Origin: Tubiluchus corallicola
Lineage: Eukaryota > Animalia > Priapulida
Assembly: GCA_030141605.1 (NCBI GenBank)
Contig: JAQGDQ010000172.1
Span: 248,001 to 312,000 of the forward strand
Direction: 5' to 3'
DNA length: 64,000 nt
The notes under the pieces are model-generated. The model saw only the letters and a program-made list of their open reading frames with translations. It had not been told where the DNA came from and searched no databases. A program made the position numbers and the translations under genes. Positions 38,816-60,606 of the stretch are shown in pieces; position 1 is the stretch's first letter, and each line of letters begins with the position of its first letter.

Positions 38816-40306
38816 CTAAAAGCTGTGACCATAGACGGTCTATTACTGAACCACTAGTTTTTTTCCTCTTCAGCAATCAGTCACTTATGTTTCATACCTG
38901 TCATGACACAATTTGTTTTTTGCTTCTGAAACTTTGCAAAAACAACAGAAGTTTACTGGTATTACTTATCTACAGCTAAGAATACTTTTGTGAAACAACG
39001 TTATTCACTTTTTACCGAAATGCCCGGTGGTTGCTTGTTTACTAATCAAATACAAAAAATAATGATGCATTATAAGAAATATTATAATTAGAAAAAAATA
39101 TTCACCAGATGAAAGCAAATGTAGATGTGGAAGGGTCCTTTTCTGGAAATCTAAATTACTAAATACAAAACTAATTAAAAATGCCCTAGGCGACACAGGG
39201 GCTCGCTGTTTGTCAAATGGGAAGCTTCGACTGAAGCTCTTTCTTGTTTTGCGTTAACATTTTTATGTTAACTGAAATCTTATTATATGAAATTCCGTAA
39301 GCTCTGCCTCACTTTCGTGGACTTTGCACGAAATTTACCTGCTGCATAAACAGGTTTCGGTTTGTATGAAAAGGAAAAGAATACTGATGAACGCGATAAG
39401 AACATACTACCTGCTTATCGATGTTGTATCGAAACATAATTCCCAGCATGCTAAACAAAGCCAATTATAAAACTATTTGCCCGTTACAAATTCTATTTTA
39501 TTTTTATTTTTGTCGATAATGTACTGTGATATAACGTGACATGACTATAATAAAAGGCTTATTTTAGCCATTATTATATTATACCGTTTAGTTATTATTA
39601 GTATAATAATTTATCTAAAAAGCGAAATCTGCACACTGTATAATTGTATACATGGTGCGTTTATTTATGTAGTAAAAGATAATGGGTACCTATAAATGCA
39701 GTAAATATTATTATACTGCTGTGCGACAGCAACATAGCCTTGAGCAATATTTCTTTCAAATAAACCGGTTAAAGATTTTTACTAACATAAGCGGCAAATT
39801 GCGAAATACGCGATCTATAATTACTGTAACCCAAGAAACGTTCTCATGTCATTTTATAAATAGAGGCCAATTTATTGAGATTTATTTCCTAAACAGAATG
39901 TAATGTGTTTGCTACGACATAATGTATTACAAGGAGAAATTTTGAGAATTAGTAGAAGTTACTTCAATTTCTGCTATCTTCGATTATGAGGTTACACCAA
40001 GCGCAACAAAAGTCTTAGAGTTTCATTAAATGTCTGTATTTTTCTTTCAGGAGCCACCTTAGCAAAAAACTGGTACTGCGTCGAAGTATCCCACTAAACG
40101 AAGCATCGTCAACTTTTTGATGATACACGGTGAACGAAAATAAAATCGGATTTGCAAAAATAAAAAGACGTAAAACTGAGGCAACAAACTTGGAAAACAG
40201 AGCATCCTCACATTTAATAGAACATCTCGTTCAAGCTTGATTAACGAATTATACACCGCGCAGTTTGTGAAGTGGCTTTTATTTAGCTTATCTATACACC
40301 GACACA

Positions 40307-50778
<10,472 letters not shown>

Positions 50779-51399
50779 TATCAGAACATCAGTAACAAAT
50801 TTAAATAAGCTGCTCAAAAATTACGATAATTATGTAGCTTTCTCCATTTAGATTTGGTATTGGCCTGAGACGTTGTAAATGCACCGCTGTGCGGTAATTA
50901 AGATTATTGATATTCTATAATCTCTAGTTGTAAAATCTCAATTACAATCAGTATTGTTTTTATTAGCGACTTTAGCTTTTAAATGCAGTTTATAAATGAT
51001 TTTTTATTCATGCCGTTTTGTTGATACTAATAGTTTATTAGATATATTCATTTGTGCGACAATTTTGTAAATAGTTTTTAAAATTATGCATAACTGAGTT
51101 GGCAATTTAAGGCAAACTGTTGTATGCGTTGGGGAATTTTAATTGCAGGCGCGTTCTTTCATCATTAATTCTCTTAAATTTGTTGCAATAATGCAATCGA
51201 GACAATAAGCGTCTGTTAACAAAAAAGCAACTCTGTTATCTAATTTTTTTTCATTTTGACAGCTTTGACATAAACTAACTGAGTTCACTCAGCTACAAGC
51301 TGAGCTACTACCCTTTAAAATGTTTAGCAAAATCCAGCGAACTTTGATCGCCTTAACATCGCTGAAAATTTGCAGGCTCATTTCAGCCAAGATGCAGAC

Positions 51400-51630
51400 T
51401 CATTTCTCTTTTTTACTTTCATTCTCTTACACTCTATCTCCTCCTCCTCTCTCTCTCTCTCTCTGTCTCTCCCTCTCCCTCTCTCGTCATACCGCCTCTT
51501 TTTCTTTCTCTATTTGTCACTCTTTTCCATTCGCTTTCTCTTCTTTGCCCATCTTTCTTTCATTCTTTTTTCCCAGCCTCCTTTCCTTTCTTTCCCCGTC
51601 TTTCTCTCTCTCTCTCGCTCTAATCTCTGT
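51400..51630. repeat. CT-rich low-complexity tract
   Basis: Direct reading. Confidence 0.85.
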
Positions 51631-52699
51631 CTATTTAGCTTTGGTTAGCTTGAAAGTTATAATTTTGATTTTATTGGTTTCTATCTATACTTGACTATCT
51701 AGAAACTGCATTTCACAATGAAATCGTAACTTGGTACCCGTGGGTTAAATGTTCATCAATCTCATTGTGGAACAAAAACGGTTTTTAATTTATGGAGGGG
51801 AAAGTAATTAGTCTGGAAATAACGCTCACCATAATTAAATTTGTACATGTTGAAGAATTTAAAGAATTAATTGAATAGTATTATACTATTGTTCTTACTG
51901 CTTGGTGGTTATTATAAAGCGAAGATATGATTTTCAATTTAAACGGATCTTAAATTTATGCACAATTTTTATTTCCCAATAAATTATATAAAATTGCTAT
52001 TATTCTGAGTTTTACTTAAATTTCACATTACCAAAGACTAGACAAATTTAGCAAGTCATGTTACGTTGCATGATTCGACGAGTTTCTGCCCCAGTTCATA
52101 TATTGCATTGCATAACCATCTCCGATAAAAACCTGCGAACCCCATTCGTATCGAAAAATTGAATGAAGAAGTTTTCTTATTTTAGTTGTAAGTGAATTCA
52201 AATGCAGAATTGATATTATGGATAAAAATGTGAGGCCAAGCTTAATTAAATTTCTGCCATAATAAACACGCACAGAAACAGTAACATTTTGTGCTCATAC
52301 TAAGTATTGCACTTCAGTATCATTGCAAAAATCCAGCAAATCCTAAAATCCAAGCACTCACTTGAAAACCGTAATGATCTTTTACACTATACAGCCAAGG
52401 CCTAAGTCAAGACAGCCACTTGTAATAACACGCTGAATTTATTATTAAATAATTTTCCCAAGAATGAATCAGTTAAATCAAAAATTATACCTACTTCATT
52501 TCTTGGTACCACGTCACAAGGATGCACTCCGCTGATCAAAGGAAATGACTGGACTAGAGAGGCATTCTCAGTTTCTCACATGCCAGCACTTTCATACCTG
52601 ATGTCAGCTCCATGCAACTGTTTTTGTTCAATTGCAGAAGCTGCTTCATGTGAATTTGCTCATTGAGCTTGCTGTTATGTGTGTCTTTATTTGAACGAT

Positions 52700-55600
52700 C
52701 CAAGATATCTTGGAATGTTCTTGGAATCTTGGAATNNNNATGTTCGGACACTTCTGGATCGCAAAAATTCGGATAGACCTGAACGACGGACAGCCCTAGT
52801 TGCTAAAGAGCTTGCCAGATTCAACATTGATATAGCTGCTCTCAGTGAAACACGGATTTCTGAAGAAGGGCAGCTTGAGGAGACTGGTGCTGGATACACC
52901 TTCTTCTGGAAGGGAAAAGACCAAGAGGAACGGAGGAACCACGGAGTGGGCTTTGCCATTAGGAGTCAACTGGTCAGAAACCATAACATGGCTCCAAAAG
53001 GCATCAACGAACGACTTATGACTCTTCGTGTGCCTCTCCCAGAGAATAACTTTGCCACCTTGATTTCTGCCTACGCTCCAACATTGGATGCTCAAGATGA
53101 TGTCAAGGAAACTTTCTACCAACAACTAAGCGACACCATCTCCCAAGTTCCAGCGAGGGACCGCCTTCTACTCTTGGGAGACTTTAATGCTAGAGTGGGC
53201 AAAGACAATCTCCTCTGGGAAAACATTATTGGAAAACAGGGCATTGGTAACTGTAATGCAAATGGACTCCTCCTCCTTGGCCTTTGTGCTGAGCATGAGC
53301 TTTTCATCACTAATACCCAATTTCGGCTTCCTAACCGTTTCAAAACAACATGGAGACACCCTCGGTCTAAATTATGGCATACCCTTGACTACGTCATTGT
53401 CAAACAACAGCATAAGAAGGATGTTTTGGTTACTAGGAGCTTGCCCGGTGCTGATGACTGTTGGACAGACCACCGTCTTCTGATCAGCAAAATAAGAATG
53501 AGCCTGCATCGAAAACCAAGAACTCGCATCAACAACCAGGTTAGAAGAAGATATGACATCAGTAAACTAACAAGCCCAACCACGTCTCAAAACTATAGAG
53601 ATGCGCTCAATCAAAAGATAACTGCAAACCAAGTTAATACCTCACTAGACTCAGAGTGGACTAACCTACGCACGGCTATGGAAGAGGCAGCCCAATGCAC
53701 AATTGGACTCCAAGAAAGGAAGCATCAAGACTGGTTTGACTCCCATGACCAAGAAATCGCTGCTCTCATTGATGCCAAGCGAAAAGCCAGGATAGACCAT
53801 GAGCAGCATCCCCTGTCATTCGAGAAGAAAGTCAGGTTCCAACAACTGAAAAGCCAATGTCAGTCCAGAATGAGGGAGCTCCAAAACAACTGGTGGCAAC
53901 AGAAGGCAGAAGAACTTCAACATCATGCAGATTGCAGAGACCTTAGAAGTTTCTACGCAGGCACCAAGGAGATCTATGGTCCTAGAAGAAGATCAGTGGG
54001 AACTCTTATGTCAGCCGACAACACCACCCTCCTGACCGAGAGCCAAGATATTCTGGACCGATGGAAACAGCACTTTAACACCTTGCTAAACCGGAACTCA
54101 ACGACAGCAGCTGACTTCCTAAGGAATGTTCCACAGCATCCCCTGCAACCCCAGTTATCGGTTCCACCCAACTTTATTGAGTTTGAAACAGCCATTAAGC
54201 GTATGCCTCGAGGGAAGGCTGCTGGACCCGACAATATCCAAGTGGAACTCATCAGTCATGGTGGACCTGCTCTCAAGAACCGACTGTTCAACCTGATGCT
54301 TCAAATGTGGGAAGCAAAACGAGTCCCAGATGACCTGAAAAACGCACTCATTGTCACTATCTTTAAAAAGGGGGATCGCAACCTGTGTGGAAACTACAGG
54401 GGGATATCACTGCTTTCAATTGCCGGAAAGATTCTGTCAAGAATTATCTTGAACCGTCTTCAGGGGGTTGCAGAAAGGATCATACCTGAATCTCAGTGTG
54501 GGTTCCGAGCTTTACGTGGGACCATTGATATGATCTTCTGTGCGCGACAACTGCAGGAAAAGGCCCGTGAGCAGCGGAAGCCTCTCTTCCTCGTGTTCTA
54601 TGACTTAGAAAAAGCCTATGACAGCGTTCCAAGAGAAGCCATGTGGGCTGTCCTGCAACGTTTTGGTCTTCCAGATGACTTCATCAAGATGATACAAGCT
54701 ATGCATGATGGTATGACGGCACGTGTTATCAACCAAAACACTATCTCAGAAGAGTTCCCAATCACTTGTGGACTAAAACAAGGCTGTGTCCTCGCACCAA
54801 CGCTCTTTTCACTCTATCTCACTGCTATGCTTCATGACCTTCCACCAGACAATCCAGGGGTGGAATTGAGATGCCGCTTTGATGGGGGGCTCTTCAATCT
54901 GTCGCGTTTTCGAGCCAGGAACCGCACCACAACTTTCAGAGTGACAGAGCTGCAATATGCGGATGATAATGCGGCAACAGCCCACTCAGCCAATCACCTG
55001 CAACAATCAGTCAGCAACTTCTGTGACGCATATTCTCGCTTTGGCCTTACAGTCAACATAGGAAAAACCAAAGTTATTGTCCAATCATCACCTGAAGCAG
55101 ACACACCAGTATGTAACATTTCCATTAATGGTGCAGATCTAGAATGTGTTGAACATTTCCCGTACCTGGGCAGTCTACTCTCCGTCCAGTGCAACTCAAC
55201 AAAGGATGTGGAAAATAGGCTTAGAGCTGCCCATGCCGCTTTCGGCAGACTCTCAACCCGTGTCTTTGGTAATGCTCATCTAACTCGTCGAACCAAGCTG
55301 ATGGTCTATAATGCTATTGTCGTTTCCACACTCCTTTACGGATGTGAAACATGGACTCTGTACCGCCAAGACCTGAAAAAACTCGAACAGTTCCACCAGA
55401 AAAAGCTTCGCTCAGTTTCCAACATCAGATGGGATGATTATGTCACCAATAATTCAGTTCTCGAGAGATTCAACACCACTAGTATAGAAGCTATGATTAC
55501 GAAACATCGGCTAAGGTGGGCAGGTCATGTAGCACGTATGGACGAAAACAGACTTCCCCGAAGGATCCTCTTCAGTGAGCTGAGCACTGGAAAACGCCCC

Positions 55601-55956
55601 CTGGGCCGCCCTAGGTGCCGCTACAAGGACCAACTAAAAGAAACCCTGCAATCAGCAAGGATCGATCCAGAAACCTGGGAGCAGACAGCGCGGCAGCGAA
55701 CAAAGTGGAGAAGAGTCATCCAGGAAGGGACTGAGCATTTTGAAACAACCAGACGAGCAGCAATTGAAGCCAAACGTCAACGAAGGAAAGAGAAGGCCCG
55801 TCAACCTCAGGTAACTTCCACCATCCAATGTGACAAATGCACCAGAATGTTTCGAGCAAGGATCGGGCTGTTAAGCCACCAACGTGCCCACCACAGCTAG
55901 TAACTTCGACCGAAAGGACAATACTCGGAAACGAGTGAAAGCCGACGACGACGACG
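52700..55956 (+). mobile_element. Near-full-length RTE-clade (RTE-1/BovB-like) LINE
   Basis: 11-bp TSD ATTTGAACGAT at 52689-52699 and 55957-55967; short 3'UTR ending in a (GAC)n tail; 5' truncated at the start of the endonuclease; NNNN at 52736-52739. Confidence 0.95.
52742..55900 (+). CDS. RTE ORF: AP endonuclease + reverse transcriptase + C-terminal C2H2 finger (N-terminally truncated)
   Basis: (SWN)VRTL, ALSETR, GVGFAI, AYAPT, LGDFNARVG, TDHRL; RT NYRGISLL, QCGFR, DLEKAYD, GLKQGC, YADD, YLG; CDKC..F....GLLSHQRAH; no internal stops. Confidence 0.9.
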   Translation, partial: VRTLLDRKNSDRPERRTALVAKELARFNIDIAALSETRISEEGQLEETGAGYTFFWKGKDQEERRNHGVGFAIRSQLVRNHNMAPKGINERLMTLRVPLPENNFATLISAYAPTLDAQDDVKETFYQQLSDTISQVPARDRLLLLGDFNARVGKDNLLWENIIGKQGIGNCNANGLLLLGLCAEHELFITNTQFRLPNRFKTTWRHPRSKLWHTLDYVIVKQQHKKDVLVTRSLPGADDCWTDHRLLISKIRMSLHRKPRTRINNQVRRRYDISKLTSPTTSQNYRDALNQKITANQVNTSLDSEWTNLRTAMEEAAQCTIGLQERKHQDWFDSHDQEIAALIDAKRKARIDHEQHPLSFEKKVRFQQLKSQCQSRMRELQNNWWQQKAEELQHHADCRDLRSFYAGTKEIYGPRRRSVGTLMSADNTTLLTESQDILDRWKQHFNTLLNRNSTTAADFLRNVPQHPLQPQLSVPPNFIEFETAIKRMPRGKAAGPDNIQVELISHGGPALKNRLFNLMLQMWEAKRVPDDLKNALIVTIFKKGDRNLCGNYRGISLLSIAGKILSRIILNRLQGVAERIIPESQCGFRALRGTIDMIFCARQLQEKAREQRKPLFLVFYDLEKAYDSVPREAMWAVLQRFGLPDDFIKMIQAMHDGMTARVINQNTISEEFPITCGLKQGCVLAPTLFSLYLTAMLHDLPPDNPGVELRCRFDGGLFNLSRFRARNRTTTFRVTELQYADDNAATAHSANHLQQSVSNFCDAYSRFGLTVNIGKTKVIVQSSPEADTPVCNISINGADLECVEHFPYLGSLLSVQCNSTKDVENRLRAAHAAFGRLSTRVFGNAHLTRRTKLMVYNAIVVSTLLYGCETWTLYRQDLKKLEQFHQKKLRSVSNIRWDDYVTNNSVLERFNTTSIEAMITKHRLRWAGHVARMDENRLPRRILFSELSTGKRPLGRPRCRYKDQLKETLQSARIDPETWEQTARQRTKWRRVIQEGTEHFETTRRAAIEAKRQRRKEKARQPQVTSTIQCDKCTRMFRARIGLLSHQRAHHS

Positions 55957-56508
55957 ATTTGAACGATATGCACTGCAGAAGCCATCATTAATAAGTAGCG
56001 CCAAGGAGATGAAGATTATATTTGGCACTTTCCTAGACTTTGCAAATATTTTTCGACATTCTGCTTGTCATTCTGGTTTAGCAAAAAGAATGGCTAAATC
56101 TCATCTTAATTTTATTCCATAATTATAATATAATACAGATTTCTATGCTGGTATAAAAATTGTTTTTAAATTTATCAGTCATTAATGTTTAAATATTTCA
56201 AATAATATGTTACATATATCTTAGCTTGTGTTTATATTATTCAGATTTAAAATCAGTTAGAAAGTACTCTTTTAATGTGACATAAAATTTCAATGAATAT
56301 TTAAACAGGAAAACAACCTTGATCTCAGAGTAAAATGCAATATTCACGTTTCACAATACTAAAAAATTATGCACAATTAAAAGCATATTACCACATAAAG
56401 TATAGTATTAATTTTATGGAATTTTATTTCGCTTCTCTTTGTTAAAGGAAGTAAAAAAGCAAAAAAGAGATCTTATTTCACAAAATGTAAAGGCTGATAA
56501 ATGATAAT

Positions 56509-56885
56509 TAGGGGTGAGCGTTCTCTACCAGAAAGCGAATTCGAATCGAACCGAACTTCAGTGTTTCGGATTCGAATTGAGATTGAACGATTTTCGAACA
56601 AGTTTTCGAACCACCAGAAAAAATTAGTCTTACAAAGATCATGTGTATCACTAGATATTGTTCTGCAATAAAACGACTAGTAATTTGCTTAAAATTGTGC
56701 ACAGAAATCACTGCTAAATTACGCTAATTGCTTGTTGTTTCGATCGTTTTAGTGATCAGGAACATATGTGATTGAAGTGCTGAATTATTCGAATCGAGTG
56801 CGAACTAAAAAAACTCATTCGAATCTATTTCGAGCGTTCGAATTCGATTCAACGTTCGAACCCGAACGTTCGATGTTCACCCCTA
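56509..56885. mobile_element. hAT-type MITE
   Basis: TIRs TAGGGGTGAGC / GTTCACCCCTA; perfect 8-bp TSD ATGATAAT (56501-56508, 56886-56893); subterminal TTCGAA repeats. Confidence 0.92.
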
Positions 56886-57298
56886 ATGATAATATCACTT
56901 TTGTAGTGCGGCATAGCCGCAGTGGTGTGACAATAAACTGAAGTTGAATGTTATCGCCCTTGTGTTGACAACAAAGTGTGTAACCCTTGCAGACGAATAT
57001 ATAATTATTATAGCAATTGTTTTCTTTCCTTTTTTGAAAATTAATTTTAGTAGTGGCGTATGAGCTGCAAGGAATTTTCTTGTAGTTTGTCAAACAAGCT
57101 CTATTTCTTGACCCATAAATTTCGAAACTCGCCTAAGAATTTTACACTTTTAACTATATAAATTTGCAGTCAAAGAAGATTCATGTTCTTTTTTACGTGT
57201 TATATTGTTTTTTACCATAATTGTATTTGAGGCCAGCAGTTCACGAAAATTGCTCTTGATTTAATTTATTTGTATTTGTCTATCAAGGCCAAAATAAC

Positions 57299-58858
57299 AT
57301 GGATGTGAACAGTTTACTGAATCACCATGAAGAACTCAGGCAAGAGAATATTGCACTTGGCAGAAAAGCGATTGTTGCTAAGAATGCACGTGTTGACGCA
57401 CAAGGCTCAGTAGACGAATTAGATGGTAAGTAAGAGCGCTCTGCAGATATAGTTATGCCATTACTTCTTAAAGGTCATGGAACAAATTTTAGAAAAGTAA
57501 TTTTCTTCAACAAGCAGACTCCATTGTTATTTGAAAGTTGGCTTAGTTGAAAATACCCATCGAAATTTTTAAATCGGGGCCATTTTTGATGTCACGCTGA
57601 CGGATCGATTGCAGTAAAGCCGTTTTTGACAACTTCACAAGTTTCCTGCTCAAAACTTAGGACAGTACGGAAAATGAAATTTCGGTAGATAAAAGACCGA
57701 CAACAGTAGTTTAACTGTATTAATTTGATTTTTAATTTACTTTCATATTGTTTGAAAACTGATAACCGAAATATGCCAGAGAATGATGTTCTACCTTCAT
57801 CTCCCACAATATGGCGGCGCGCGTCAGCCACCCTATTAGTGCACTTTTGTAAGGCTATTCAGATTAATTTTTCCATGAGCGATAGACATGTTTTAAAAAA
57901 ATTTAAGTGTTATTCAAAATTCGTCTCTGAAAACATTTTTGAGTTACTCGTGATGTGATTTTGTTTTGTCGTGAATCATTCTCATTTTCATTGTTCACTT
58001 AATAAATTTTTATAAAGTGTTGAGTGTGACATCTCAGTAGAATAAATTTGTTTTCTAAATTTTTATTATGATGAAACAGATTCTATGTTAGTGCTAAATA
58101 AGATATATTCAGACAGTCAGTAATAAACTCATTGAGTAGCCCATTCTTCGCATTCCGGACTAGTTTAAAGTTTGCAATAGCAGTGGTTGAAATTAACAAA
58201 TAATCATTCTGTTGTCATGTTTTTGGCTCGTATGAAGTGAAGCTCCTACCAAAAAAATGTGCTATGAGTATTTTTGTTTTCTGAAGGAAAAATTTCACAG
58301 TTATTCGAAACTAAACTGAAAATACTGGAAGCTAGCCAGGTAGCAGAGCAAAAACAGGAATTTGCTAATGCTGAGATTTACCAACTTAGAGAACAGCATA
58401 AAGAAGTGCAGGATGAAAAAGAAAAGCATACTCAAAGCATTAATGACCTAGAGGAAGAGTGTGAGTCAAATGCTGTGCAGTTCGAGGAACGGCTTGCCTC
58501 TGCCGCAGCTCGGTTACGGCATGCGAAGGACGCCTATTCAGATGATTGTATTCTTGCAGAATTGGATAAGCTTGATGTTGCAGTACAGGAATGGGGAAAT
58601 CAGAACACGGCTTGCTGCAATGAACAAAACAACTTTCATGAACAGATGCTGCGCTGTGATATCAGTGACATGTCTCCGATGCACGCAGTTACTGTGTACA
58701 ATATATGCGAAGAAGAGTACGAAGCTGCAAAGCAACGATTAAGCAATGCACGGAAGTCGTGTGAAGCACTCGAAGACAATCTTCATCGACTAAAGATGGA
58801 GTGTGACGAGTTAGAACTGAAAATTGCAAGCCTGGGAAGTACACGTGCACTCGAATAA
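57299..58858 (+). CDS. Uncharacterised coiled-coil protein (~232 aa; exons 57299-57425 and 58287-58858)
   Basis: Exon MDVNSLLNHHEELRQEN...DELD G|GTAAGT joins in phase 1 to AAG|GA-KISQLFETK; E/K/Q-rich heptad composition; AATAAA at 59129. An acceptor ending at 57287 implies a further upstream exon, so the N-terminus may be longer. Confidence 0.72.
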
Positions 58859-60606
58859 ATCAGACATGTATAAACAACCAGAAATAAGTTTCAAAGTGCC
58901 AACATTGACAACTATATCTGATTATAGTACAGCTTTTTTATGCTATGTGCTTATTGCAAACTTATGCATTTAAAACATAATTTTCTGCTACTTTTTTCAA
59001 AGTTTTGTTGCACACTTTCTTATTTATTAATTTTGTTTTAAAGGTTGACAGGTATAACAACTTTGTTCTCTTAATATGAGGATAATTTTGAGTTTCTAAT
59101 TTTACATTTGTGCTTTATCATTGTAAAAAATAAAACTGGAACTCTTGAATAGCTGTCATACAATTTAAAGTATATTATAAAAGAACAATTTTTACAGATG
59201 ATTATAAATAACAGCATGTAATAATACAATAATGCGAACCAAAAATGTTCTTGGGCAATAAGACAGGAAAAACTACTACAATTTAACTTAAAAGGGACTA
59301 AGGAAAACCAGAAATCTGTTTTGACACATGTATGTAAGGCGTTTGCTACTTAAAAAGTAGACTAGGTTGTGCATGAACACCAAACTGATTGAAACAATGA
59401 TGTAATACTAATACTGTCTTGGCAACAAATACAATTAAATTTGACATCTACCTGGCTAATGGTGCATGATTATGGTCTATCAATTAAATTCAATATGTTA
59501 AATCATGTCAACAAATAATGGTGTCTCATCAAAAAGCAAAAACGTTAACACATTATATTTCGCGATAAACATAAAACCACAGTGCATTAAAAACTTCTGG
59601 CATAATCAGAAGTCAAGAAAGTAAAAAGCAACAGAAGACGGATTATTTATCCAGCTTAATTTGTTGAACAGTTTGTTGTATACATGCAGTCTTCGAATGA
59701 AGACGTCATTGCTGCATTTGAAAATGCTCTAAATGATTCACTAGCTGTTCCAAGAAATGTTAAAGCTTAAAAAACCCAGTGGAAGAAACAGCACTAACGC
59801 TCCTGAATGCAGTAGTGACCTTTTTAACTGAAGACTAAAGATATACAACTCTGACGATAAGATTGTTACATGTTGGCTGCAAGTAGGTTCAGCAGAAAAT
59901 CTGCCTTGTAGCCAACATGCTTTCTTAACAAGGCACCCACAATCAGAAAATTATGACTAGTAAACAATAAAATAAGAGAATATAATTGTCGGACATTTTT
60001 TATGAGAGATTCCTAAACACACAACCTCCCAAGCAACAGTCATGCATAATCCTTCTCGGGATATCTATTTTGTCAGCTCTAGATTTTACAAGCTGAAAAC
60101 CAACTATGTTATTTACAGGTTAACTATGTACAAGACATTAACAATAAGATTTTGGTATTAAAACAATAATAGAAAACAATACAAGAATAAAATACGAAGA
60201 ATTTGGCTTAAAACACAATTAAATGCCTGATAAGAGCCAATGGAAAGAAATTAAACACAATGCACTCATTTAAAGCCTAGAATTACACTTCAACATTGTA
60301 ATGATACATGATCTAATAAAACAAAAAATTCTCTTCCTTAAGTCAATATGCTCATTGGATATACTAATTATAAGCCACAATTTTTAAACTTTCAATGATA
60401 CAAGACCTAATCAAAAACAAAAAATTCTTTTTGCTATCATAATTGTCAAAAGCTGTGCAAAATGAAAATTTGAATAGAAATGCCCGGCAAAAGAAATAGC
60501 ACCATTTTGTTACAATGTTGTTTTAAGGTTTTTGTTGCTTATAAACCACCATTCTAAACACACTTCTACTCTACAAACTTCATTATTTACAATCTAATCC
60601 ACACTG

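Noticed and set aside
52679-52741. ORF-track start of the 1073-aa LINE protein
   Set aside because: The start codon lies in host flank upstream of the TSD and the frame crosses Ns; the element is 5' truncated.
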